Assembly (NCBI GenBank): GCA_951406725.2
Contig: OX597837.1
Location: 25,110,001-25,174,000 of the forward strand
Direction: 5' to 3'
Source of the DNA: Octopus vulgaris
Taxonomy: Eukaryota
DNA: 64,000 nucleotides
Positions 13,801 to 27,200 of this stretch are shown piece after piece. Each line of letters begins with the position of its first letter. Positions within the stretch are counted from its first letter, which is position 1. The notes below the pieces were generated by a model. It worked only from the letters and a program-made list of their open reading frames with translations, searched no databases and was not told the DNA's origin. Made by a program: the position numbers and the translations under genes.

Positions 13801-16800
13801 ACAGGTTGGAAGTTCATGTTGTTGTTATGTCTAGTGTGCCATATATTTGGGGGGGGGGGTGTTGTACTAGTGAATGTCTAAAAAAAAAAAATGTTTGTTT
13901 TAAACCTTGAGATTACATAGAAAGTATTTTGCATAGGATATGAGCACTATCTTTTGAATTTCTGCCATTTGTGGGTTTCCTGGTATCTGAGTTAGGTAGC
14001 AATCAGCCCCATTTGCTATCATTCCCAGGGCACCTATGACAACAGGTATTGTTTTAGTCTTCAGCTTCCACATTTTGCTGATTTCTATTTCAACATCTTT
14101 ATATTTGCTCAGTTTTTGGTAGGTCTTGACAGATACATTTATATTGATTGGGACAGTCATATCAATGAGGCATGTTTTTTGTCTGAAGTCTTTTACTATG
14201 ATGTCTGTCCTATTTACGTCTATCTTTCTGTCAGTTTGAATGGTGAAGTTCCAGAGGAGTGAGATGTGGTCATTTTCAAGCACTGAAAATGCACTTATTA
14301 TTATTATTATTATGATAGCAAGCTAACAGAATCATCACTACGCTGGACATAATGCTTAGCAGTGTTTCTTCTGGCTCTTAATATTCTGAATGTACATGCT
14401 ACTGAAGTTGACTTTATCCTTCATCCTTTCAGGGTCTATAAAATTAGTATCAGTTGAGCATTGAGGTTGATGTAATCAACTTCCTCCACCTTCAAAATTG
14501 CTGGTTTTATGCCAAAATTAGAAATCAGTTAATTATTATTATTATTATAATTGTCAAAACAAAAGTGAGGATACATGGCCCAGTGGTTAGGGTGTTGTAC
14601 TCATGATTGCAAGACTGCGGTTTCAATTTCTAGTCAAGGTGGAGCATTGTGTTCTTGAGCAAAAAACACTTCATCTCATGTTGCTCTGTGATCAGTTCGA
14701 CATCTGAATCATGGCACATCATGCACCTGTTCAGGTAAGATGAATTGGATGGAGGGAGTGAGCTAATGTACAGTACATACATCATCATCGTTGAACGTCC
14801 GCTTTCCATGCTAGCAAGGGTTGGACGATTTGACTGAGGTCTGGCGAACCAGATGGCTGCACCAGACTCCAACCTGATCTGGCAGAGTTTCTACAGATGG
14901 ACACCCTTCCTAATGCCAACCACTCCGAGAGTGTAGTGGGTGCTTTTTATGTGCCACAGACATGAGGGCCAGTCAGGCAGTACTGGCAACGGCCACGTTC
15001 AAATGGTGCTTTTTATGTGCCACCTGCACAGGAGCCAGTCCAGCTGCACTGACAACAACCTCGCTTGAATGTTCTTTCACGTGCCAGCAAGGCAACGCAG
15101 GCAACGATCACGCTCGAATGTACAGCACATACATTTGATCAATATAAACAAATCCTGTATACAGGTTGTTTGGCAAAAGCTGAACACTCATATATGTCCT
15201 TGTTGACGGGAGAGTCCGTCATTAAAACAAATACCAAATTAGTAAGACAGTTTTGTTGATTCAAGATAGAAACAAAAACAATGAGGAAAATATAATTGTC
15301 TAAAATAAAAATTACATTTCTGTAATGTTTTAAATACACTTGCTAAAATGTTGTCACAGCAACGTTCTCCTGGAAATTTCCTTGGGGAATACCAAACTTC
15401 TGTGACGTCATCTACAAAGATAACAAAGATGAAGACAATGAGATAGTTTTAAACTAGATCAGTGGTTCCAACCATTTTTTACCCATAGACCCCTTTTGGT
15501 TCCTATTTTATTCAGGTAGACCCTCATACCCATTCAATGTGTAAAAAACTCCAATTATATTTTTATAATTAAATATTATTAGGATTTTTAATAAAAAACA
15601 AAACTGTTAAAATATTTTGTGCATTGAAGTATAAGCAATTTATTGCTCATAAACTTTAGCAACAATATTTTATATGACCCCACCCAAGGGTCATATGGGC
15701 CCTGGTTGAGAACCACTGGGTTAGATCTGATATAAAGGTATGTTAAATTAGAAACATAGAAGCAGGAGTATATCACTTCACCTTAGATAACATGTTGCAC
15801 CACCCACATCCTCATCCTCAACAGTTTTATTTCTGCTTGTCCCGACCCGTTTTAAGTATTTTGCTCTGTCAACAACTTTGTGTGGTCCAGCATACTAAGA
15901 TCAAACCTCACCTCATCAGTTTTGCTTTTCCTCTTCCACTTGCATCATTTGACACTTTTTTATCCAGTACCCACCTCCCTTCATCATCATCATCATCATC
16001 ACTGTTTAACATTCATTTTCCATGCTGGTATGGCTTAGAAGGCTCGACTGGATCTGGTAAGGCTGTGGGCTGCACCAGGCTCTGTTGTCTGTTTTGGCAT
16101 GATTTCTACAGCTGGATGCCCTTCCTAATGCCAACCACTTTATAGAGTTCACTGGGTGTCTTTTACATGCCACCAGCACGAGAGCCTTTTTATGTGGCAC
16201 CAGCACAGGTGCCATTTACTGGTCACTAGCATGATTGCCCTTTTATGTATCACCAGTACAAGTACCCTCTTATATGTTACCAGCACAGGTGCCTTTTACT
16301 GGTCACCAGTAAGATTGCCCTTTTATGTATCACCGGTACAGGTACTCTCTTACATGTCACCAGTACAGGTGCCTTTTACATGTCACTGGCATGTGTACCT
16401 TTTTATATATCACCCTTCACACATATTTGTCCATCATATGTCCCCTTCATACACATCATTTATCAACCTGGCTATGAATGAGTTAGGACAAAATAAGCAG
16501 ACAAAGTGGTACTTACATTTTGCCTTTGGAAGAAGGTTTACAACCATAATCTGAAGCAAGATTCTTGGTAATGCCAGGTCAGGCTCTAAATCTGTCAAAG
16601 AAGATATATGATAATATTTTAGATATAGAAGGGAGTGCTGAAAAGTTCCTGGCTTTAAGGGTATTGTGAAAGGCCTGGTTGGAGGCCCAACTTTCCATGT
16701 TCTTTTACGGGGCTTAGAAAAACTGAAGGACCACTGCAATAAGTGTGTGAATCTGAGAAGGGGAACATGTTGGGTAAAATCCTAATTAACTGATCCTCCT

Positions 16801-17087
16801 ACATTTTCTTTTACCCAAAGCCAGGAACTTTCAGTACTGCCTCGTGTAATAACAGACACCTGTAATAAATGGACAGATATATATTCTTTTACTCTTTTAC
16901 TTGTTTCAGTCATTTGACTGCGGCCATGCTGGAGCACCGCCTTTAGTCGAGCAAATCGACCCCGGGACTTATTCTTTTGTAAGCCCAGTACTTATCCTAT
17001 CGGTCTCTTTTGCCGAACTGCTAAGTGACGGGGACGTAAACACACCAGCATTGGTTGTCAAGCAATGCTAGGGGAACAAACACAGAC

Positions 17088-17118
<31 letters not shown>

Positions 17119-20100
17119 CATATATACGACAGGCTTCTTTCAGTTTCCGTCTACCAAATCCACTCACAAGGCATTGGTCGGCCCAGGGCTATAGTAGAAG
17201 ACACTTGCCCAAGATGCCACGCAGTGGGACTGAACCCGGAACCATGTGGTTGGTTAGTAAGCTACTTACCACACAGCCACGAAAAACACCCCAACAATGA
17301 TATATTTGTTATTAATCAAACAAATCAGAAATATAAATGAAATGCCTACCATTTTCATCAGAAGTAACTAAAATGCGAAAATAATAGTTCAAGATGAGTG
17401 TCGTTAGAAGTGGTTGAGCAGCATTTAATAACTGGAGCTGGATATCTTGTTGACTTTGTTGAATAAGCTTTGGAGCAGCGAGAGAAGGAGGAGAAAACCT
17501 AAAAGAAAAGAAAATATAATTTATAAGCATAGGCATGGCTATGTGCTGCCCTTGTGGCAAATTAAATGAAATAAAGTAGCTTGTAAGAGGTTTTAGTGCC
17601 TCCTTCTTGTAAGATGTTTGAAACCTCATATTGATTTTTGAAAAAAAGAAAATATGTTTTCGAGAAAAATCCAATCGGCGGGTGTTGGGTTTCGTCTCTC
17701 ATTTATTAATTTTATTTCATTTTCATTCATTAATGTGTTTGTCCAGCCCACAAAGCTACGCAATCTTTGTACTGTCTATATGACAAATTTTATGAAATAA
17801 AGAAACTTGTTTCTTACTACACAGCCATAAAGCGTGCAAGCTGGCAGAAATGTTAGCATGCCAGCAAAATGCTAAGCGGTATTTCGTCTACTGTTACATT
17901 CTGAGTTCAAATTCCGCTGTGGTCGACCTTCCCTTTCATCCTTTCAGGGTCAATAAATTAAGTACCAGTTACACACTGGGGTCGATGCAATCGACTTAAT
18001 CCCTCTGTCTGTCCTTGTTTTTTCCCCTCTATGTTTAGCCCCTTGTGGGCAATAAAGAAATAAGAAGCTTGCTTCCCAATCACATGGCTGTGGGTTCAGT
18101 CCCACAGAGTGGAACTTTGGACAAATGTCTTTTGCTATAGCCTCGGGCTAACCAGAGCCTTGTGAGTGGATTTGGTAGATGGAAACTGAAAGAAGCCCAC
18201 TTTGTCTGTGATTGTCCTTCTCAACCATTTGACAACTGGAATTGGTGTTTATGTCCTTGTAACTTACCAGTTCAGCAACAGAGACTGATACAATAAGTAA
18301 CAGGCTTAAATTTTTAAAAAAAGGTACTGGGGTCAATCCACTATAAAATTCTTCCAGTACTAGTGATGGTGCCACATAAAAAACACTCACTACACACTGT
18401 GTAGTGGTTGCTGTCAGGTATGACATCCAGCCGTAGAAACCAAGCCAAAAGAGACAAATGGAATCCAATGTGACTTCTGGTCTTGCCAGATTCTGTCAAG
18501 CTGTCCAACCCATGCCAGCATGGAGAATGGATGTTAAATGATGACGATGATGATGATGAACAGGTGAGAATTCACTTCAAATGACTTACTTAAACATGTA
18601 GAGAATCAGGGGGTATAATGGTTCAACACTTTTGCCAAGGTAATTTTCATATTCTTTGACAAAATTTACCAAAACCTTCATTAAGAAACCAGTAATCTTC
18701 AAAGTCATCTGAAAAGATTTCTCGTTTGTTTGTGAAGGATTTTCTTCCTGGAAAATAGAAAACAAATATATTACAAGAAAGAATTGGAAGTACAAACAAT
18801 AACAATAACTCTTACAAACATAACTCTGAGCACCTTTTCAAACTCCACACGTCTAACACCCATGGACATGTTTACAAAGTCACAAAACAGCACAGCTCCC
18901 ATTACTTTCGGAAACATTTTTTCACGCTGAGAGTTGCTGAAGCATGGAACAAACTGCCAGCATCAGTTGTTAGTTGTCGGAGCACTGCATCCTTCAAAAC
19001 TTCCATGCTTCCTGAGATTCGCCAACACTACACCTGATTTTCTCCCCTCCATACACACACAAGCATGTATCTGACTCATACACTGTTCGCTCCCCAGACA
19101 TTTGTACATTACTGCATATACTTTATACGCACTTTTGACAAGTTGCGGTGCACCTGAGCACTGTATACAATAATTTCATTATATATATATATATATATAT
19201 ATACATAGTGACCAGCAGGGTACAAGTAGTCAGGCAATACTGACTTAGAAACACGACCTATTTTTAATAAGTGAAATGGTAAAACTGTGAGCATTGATTA
19301 AAGGAAACCTCAGCTTCAGTTGTTTGACATCATCAGGGTCAGTTTGATATCCACTTCTTCATTACCCAGCATGTGTCTGTCTGTGTGTTTGCAAAATTAC
19401 TGGAAAATGGCTGAACGGATTTTCAACAAATCTGGCAGAAACACTTATTGGATGAGTGGCTCGAACTCATTACATTCTGGTTGGATCATCTTCAAAACTG
19501 GCAGACTCTTGCCTGGAGGACTAGACTAAGTTATAAGGACGTAAACACACCAACACTGGTTGTGAAGCAGTGGTAGGGGACAAACGTAGACACACACAAC
19601 ATAGATATATGTGTATATACCCAAGAGGCTTCTTTCAGTTTCTGTCTACCAAATCAACTTACAAAGCTTTCATCAGCCTGAAGCTATAGTAGAAGACACT
19701 TGCCCAAGGTGCCATGCAGTGGGACAGAACCTGGAACCATGTGGTTGGGAAGCAAGCTTCTTAGCATACAGCCATGCCTGCACTTGTTTACAATTAGTCC
19801 AAGATGTTAATCCAAGGAGACCCTCAACACACAGACACACACACACATGACAAGCTTTCCATCTTTGAAATCCACTCACAAACCTTGGTGGGTCTCATAG
19901 AAGACACTTGGCTACAGTGCCATGTAGTGGGATTGAACCTGAAGCCACATGGTAGTAAAACAAACTTCTTAACCACATAGCTATGTCTGTGTATACACAT
20001 ACGACTATGGGTACAAGTGTCCTCATACATAGGCGCAGGAGTGGCTGTGTGGTAAGTAGCTTGCTAACCAACCACATGGTTCCAGGCTCAGTCCCACTGC

Positions 20101-22327
20101 GTGGCATCTTGGACAAGGGTCTTCTGCTATAGCCCCGGGCCGACCAATGCCTTGTGAGTGGATTTGGTAGACAGAAACTGAAAGAAGCCTGTCGTATATA
20201 TGTATATATATGTGTGTATGTGTGTGTGTGTTTGTCCCCCTAGCATTGCTTGACAACCGATGCTGGTGTGTTTACGTCCCCGTCACTTAGCGGTTCGGCA
20301 AAACAGACCAATAGAATAAGTACTGGGCTTACAAAGAATAAGTCCCGGGGTCGATTTGCTCGACTAAAGGCGGTGCTCCAGCATGGCCGCAGTCAAATGA
20401 CCGAAACAAGTAAAAGAGTATCAGGTCACAATTAAATCCAAAGCAAAATTTGCCACAAGTAGCTAATTAACCCTTTCATTACTGTATTTATTTTGAGATG
20501 CTTTGTGTTTCTTTTAATTACTTTAAATATAACAAAGAATTTAGTAAAATAATTTGGTTACCATTCAGTTAGTGTTAGGAACATAAATTGTGACTAAGGT
20601 TTGGTGGAAGATTTTAATTCCAAACTTTTGAAAACAAGACATTTGTACTACAGAGCCAGAGCCGGTTTTGGCCGGGTTGGTAACGAAAGGGTTAAATATC
20701 TACAATTGTCAGTGTATGCCAAATAGAAACACTAAGCTCTTAACCCTGTAGCTACAAAGTTGTGTATGCATATAGCCTCCAGTTACAAACCAGAGTTTAG
20801 ATTTAATAACCTAATTACCTTTCACCATTAACATTTTAATGTCTGCTTTTAATGTTGACATGTGTTATGTAGAGAGAGAGAGAGCCAACATGTAGCCATC
20901 ATGTTTACTCAATCCTGTATCATCTCACCATGAGGCCCTGCATCCTAAGGTCTGATCTCATCACATTCTGTTAATTTTTCTTTTTATTTGTTTCAGTTAT
21001 TAGATTGTGGCCATGCTGGGGCACCACCTTGGAAAATTTGTAGTCAAATGAATCAACCCCAGGACTTTTTTTAAAGTCTGGTACTTATTCTATCAGTCTC
21101 TTTTGTTGAACTGCTAAATTATGAGGATGTAAACACACCAACACCAGTGGTCAAGTGGTGGTGGTGGTGGTAGTGGGGGACAATACAGGCACAGACACAC
21201 ACATCTCTCTCCCTCTCTCTACATATATATATATGTATATAAAACAGGCTTCTTTTAGTTTCCATCTACACAAAGCTTTGGTTGGCCCAAGGCTTTAATA
21301 GAAGACACTTGCTCAAGGTTCCATGCAGTGGGACTGAACCAGGAACCACATAGTTGGGAAGCAAAGTTCTTACCACACAGCCACGCCTGTGTCAATGTAT
21401 GACATCTTCCATCAAACCATTCCCATCACCCTAACCCTAACCATACCACCAGAATGGTTTCTCCTGCTTATATCTTCCAATCCCTTTAAATTCCACTCAT
21501 TCTCTCAATCATGATTCATCTTTCATATACACACACACACGTGTGTATATACATATGCATCCGTGTCGGTGGCACGTAAAAAGCAGCATCCGATCGTGGT
21601 CGTTTGCCAGCCTCGCCTGGCCTCCATGCCGGTGGCACATAAAAAGCACAATTCGATCGTGGCTATTTGCCAGCCTCGTTTGGCACCTGTGCCAGTGGCA
21701 TGTAAAAAGCACCCACTACACTCTCGGAGTGGTTGGCATTAGGAAGGGCATCCAGCTGTAGAAACTCTGCCAGATTAGATTGGAGTCTGGTGCAGCCATC
21801 TGGTTCGCCAGACCTCAGTCAAATTGTCCAGCCCATGCTAGCATGGAAAGCGGACGCTAAACGATGATGATGATGATATGGGGAAGCACTCCGTTGTTTA
21901 TGACGATGAGGGTTTCGGTTGATCCGAATCAACGGAACAGCCTGCTCGTGAAATTAACGTGTAAGTGGCTGAGCACTCCACAGACACATGCACCCTTAAC
22001 GTAGTTCTCAGGGATATTCAGCGTGACAAGGCCGGCCCCTTGAAATACAGGTACAACAGAAACAGGAAGTAAGAGTGAGAGAAAGTTGTGGTGAAAGAGT
22101 ACAGCAGGGATCACCACCATCCCCTGCCGGAGCCTTGTGGAGCTTTTTTAGGTGTTTTCGCTCAATAAACACTCACAACGCCCGGTCTGGGAATCGAAAC
22201 CGCAATCCTATGACCGCGAGTCCGCTGCCCTAACCACTGGGCCATTGCACCTCCACTGATGATGATATATATATATATGTATATATGTATATATGTACAT
22301 AGACACATACATACATAGAACAGAAGG

Positions 22328-22361
<34 letters not shown>

Positions 22362-24195
22362 TAAGCATTTGAAAACTCATGAAAGTTTACCTACTTCAGC
22401 TGTCTTATCTGGAATCCGGGGGGCCACATTTAACAAGGTGTCATAATTTGATTGAATACTGGAGGCCAAAGAAGACATAACAGCTTCAAGTTCGAGTCTT
22501 GAATAGAGAAAACTTTTGTACTGGACAGCCAGCCTGTGAGAAAATAAGAAAAAGAAAAGAAAAGAAAGGAAATTAACGATGTTTAACCATTTTGATACCA
22601 ATTTGCCTGAAACTACCCATTTCCAGGATACAAACTTTGTCTTGAAGTGATCTAAATTAAAACTTTCCTTAAAAATTCATTACAATGTCACACTTTTAAC
22701 GATAATATTTCCAAATGCCAACCACTTCACAATGCAAACTTGATGCTTTTTATGTGGCACCAGCAGGGTCACCAAGTAACTTGCAAGACAAGGAATTATA
22801 TATATGTGTGTGTGTGTGTGTATACCTATGTCTGGCAATAGCAAGTGAATGGTGAGGAGAGTGACAAAAGCAAATGCAATACATAAATGTGAATCATCAT
22901 CATTTAACGTTTGTCTTTCATGTTGGCATAGGTTTTACAGTATCTTAGTTTTTAACAATACTGTGTCAGCAAGTAGTGATTCCGACTTTGAAGGTTTTAC
23001 TCTTGATAAAGTACAAAATATTAACAGAAACAACTGTGATTAGTCTTAGGACAAATCTGATATTGATATTTATGAATCTTCATTGGATGAGGAAGATTTC
23101 AATAATGAAAGTGATGGAAATGATATCGAAAGCATTATGGCAACATGGCTGAAGATTATTACAACAACCACAATTCTCGGTTTCACAGAAAAGACTAGTC
23201 CACAACACATCCTACCTTTCAATGCTCAACCATTGGACTATTTATTTTTATTTTTACCAAAATGTTTTTTAAAAGTGTCACAGATGAAACAAATAAATAT
23301 GCTCAATGCATAATTTCTATTTGTGGAAGACCCGAACCACTATGGCAACCAACTGATACTGAGGAAATTTAGGTGTGACAGGGGCTGGATAGGCAGAAAC
23401 CTTGCCAAAAGACATGGAGCCTGGGCTGCTCTTCACCTGGCCAGCACCTGTCAAAGCGTCAACCTCATGCCAGTATGGAAAATAGATGCTAAATGATAAT
23501 GATACATTATTCCAGTGCTTTTCAACATTTTTGCTGGAGCGGAACCCCAAGGAAACATTCCACTGGCTCGAGGAACCCCTGTGCAATAATTTAATAGTCT
23601 TATGCACACATATCTGCACAGGAGAATTAAAAATTACTGCCGATTTTAGCAGTTTTGTAACTTCTTGCGGAACCCCCGGACTGTACTGGCGGAACCCTAA
23701 GGTTCCGCGGAACCCTGGTTGAAAACCACTGCATTATTCGATAACTGGCAGAATTATGAGCATGATGGGCATAATACTTTGTGGCATTTTGTCTGTCTTT
23801 ACATTCCAAGTTCAAATTTTGCTGAGGTCAACTTTGCATATTATCCTTTCAGGACCAATGAAATAAGTACCAGTTGATGTGAGTGACTATACCCCCACCA
23901 CCAAAATTTCAGGCCTTGTTCCTATAAGCAGAAAGGATTTAATACCAGTTTGACTCAGCTCCAGGAAACTTGCAGATACATATACTTTACTTTAACTTGT
24001 TTCAGTCATTTGACTGCGGCCATGCTGGAGCACCGCCTTTCGTCGAACAAATTGACCCTAGGACTTATTCTTTGTAAGCCTAGTACTTATTCTATTGGTC
24101 TCTTTTGCCGAACTGCTAAGTTACGGGGACATAAACACATAAACACACCAGCGTCGATTGTCAAACGATGTTGTGGGACAAACAGACACACAAAC

Positions 24196-24228
<33 letters not shown>

Positions 24229-27200
24229 CATATATATGACAGGTTTCTTTCAGTTTCCATCTACTAAATCCACTCACAAGGCTTTGGTCGGCCTGAGGCT
24301 ATAGTAGAAGACATTTGCTCAAGGTGCCACACAGTGGGACTGAACCCATGACCAAGTGGTTGGTTAGCAAGCTACTTACCACACAGCCACTCCTGCGCCT
24401 ATATGACATATGACATTAAACATTCCAACATAACCTTTGATCACAGGTCTAGTTGATCAATCACACCTATAACCAACAGGCTCACTTAACCCATTAGTGT
24501 TCAGACCAGCCACAACTGGTTGGAAATAATTCCCCTTTATTTGTTTGAATCGGCCAAATCCAGCCGTATCTGATTCCGCAACAAAGTCACTAAAAATATA
24601 AACAAATCAGGTTACTGAATTCTCGTAGATTTGAGATAATGCAAGATAAAGCCTTGGTTTTTTCAACATTTGAAGAGAAGTGTATATCTTAGTTTTTAAC
24701 ATTAATGTGTCAGCAAGTAGCGATTCCGACTTTGAAGGTTTTACTCTTGATAAAGTACAAAATATTAATGGAAACAACTGTGATTAGTCTTAGGACGAAT
24801 CTGATATTGATATTTATGAATCTTCATTGGATGAGGAAGATTTCGATAATGAAAGTGATGGAAATGATATTGAAAGCATTTAGGTTGATGAGGGAAGGAT
24901 GACCTCCCTTTGCAAATACCATAGAAGCACAGATAGTGTGCCTAAAGCCAGCTGGAGACGATGTTCTCCTGGGGTTACAAGCCACAGTAACACCCACCCT
25001 TAGTGGTTAGCCATATTGAGATGGCAAGTATACCTCACACAATTCTCAGTTTCACTGAAAAGATTAGTCCACAATACAGTCTACCACTCGATGCTCAACC
25101 ATTGGACTATTTATTTTTATTTTTACCAAAATGTTTTTTGAAACTATCACAGATGAAACAAATAAATATACTCAATGCATAATTTCTATTTGTGGAAGAC
25201 CCGAACCATGATGGCAACCAACTGATACTGAGGAAATTCAAGCTTTTTTTACTATAATTATTACATTTGGTAGCAAGCAGCTTCCTCAACTGTGGAACTA
25301 CTGGAGTCCTGATATAAGGTATGGGGATCCATATTTCTCCAGCATTATGTCTAACTACAGCTAATTCATATATTGTTTATGTAAAAAGCCACAAGGTACC
25401 TCTGCCACCAAAGAACTACAACCATTTGAAATTTAGGGTTGACATTGCGTCTCAGTTACGTGAGGGCATTTCTTCGAGAAAGCACAGAACTGTGAGAAAA
25501 GCAAAATCAACTGAGGTGTCAACAGAGAAAACATTGATTTCCTTAAAGAGGAAAAAATAAATGGAAGGAAAAAAGGTTTGCAGACTGTGTTTGCTGCAAA
25601 AAAGAAAAGCTGTGAAAGGATATCAGGTCGAGACCTCATATATGTGTTTGTTTTGCAAAAGTGCCCTTGGGCAGTTTCACGATAAGAAATATGGCATAAC
25701 TATATTTTGTTGTTTGATAGTAATACTATAACAAATAATAACAAATAATATGTGAAAGTGTGTTACACTTTCAGTATGTTACACACCTGTATTCAACTTT
25801 GCCTCACCTGTAAATGAGATTTTTTTCATTAGATGCATTCTGTTATGTAAATGTTTTCATTAAATTGTATAAGAGTACATAGCCAATGGTATATTGACTA
25901 GTGAAAGAGTTTTGTACCTTATTTTCAATGAAAATTTTTGAATGACGTATATTTGCCATTTAAATATGGCTAACCTCTAAGGGTGGAAGCTACTGTAGTT
26001 TGTAGCCCCAGGAGGACACCTCCTCCAGCTGGTTATAGACACACTTTCTGTGCCCTATCAGTATTTGCAAAGGAAAGCCATCCTTCCTGTCTTCAACTTA
26101 TGATACACACGGACTCGAGTTTCTGAGTATTGACTTGTCATTGGCGTGTGACAATCACAGTTGTTGATGAAAAGTAGGTTCCCTTAGTAAATACTTATCC
26201 CCTTTCCAGTAACATTCAGAAATAACATACCTCACTTGAAAAGTGGCAAAATTGTTGATGGTTGACATCTGGGATGAGTTTAGTAACAAATCAAACAGGT
26301 AAGATGCATTAAGAATTTCAATTTCAGTGTTTATCTATAATGTTATTGCTTTTACAACTGTTAATTAAATTTACCTGCCCATAAAAGTCAAATTTAATTA
26401 GATCAGCTAAAATTACATAACTATAAACCACTGGTATATAAGCACCCACTAACAAAATTTCAAATCTGCATGTAAAAAATTGACAAAGTTACAAGCAAAT
26501 ATAGTGAACATCCCTCTTGAACCTGAATAATTCAAAATAATATGAGCAAATAAGAATTACATTTGACAGATTAATCTGAATGCTAAAGGGTTAATCAGCT
26601 AAAACAATGCAACTGTTATTGTTGACTACATCTATTCCCTTCCTCTCACATTAAACACCAAAGTGGCAAATAAAACATTTACCTGGCTAAAGACTTCCAT
26701 AGACCAATCATAATCTTGATGTCAAGAGCTGGAACCAGTTGGCAAAGAGACAACAAACTGTGGCAGGCTGAAAAGAAACGATGAAATGCTTTATGTTGAA
26801 CAGTTTATAAAATACAATACAACAAAAGACTTTAGTCAGTCCAGAGCTATAATTAAACACACTTACCCAAGACGTCATGCAATGGGACTGAACTTAATGC
26901 GGTTGGGAAGCAACAGCCATGCCTGCATCTGTATGTATGTGTGTGTATATGTATATATAAAGCGGAGTAGATGAAACAGAGGTGACTGAAGAAGGGGAAT
27001 TTTCCTTGTATTGTATGCCCTGTACTCTATTTTTTTGTTGTTTAAGAAAAATGTCCATTTCTTTGGCTTTGTTTTTATGTTTTCGTTTCTCATAGTGTTC
27101 GACGTTTTTTTGGTGTCCTGTACCCATATATGCGTGTATATATACATGTAGAGGTAGGTACGTACATATATGTATGTATATATGCATATGTTTATATATT

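Noticed and set aside
21428-21442. Interstitial telomere (also 38968, 41208, 54622)
   Set aside because: Only 2-3 units each, mostly inside repeats.
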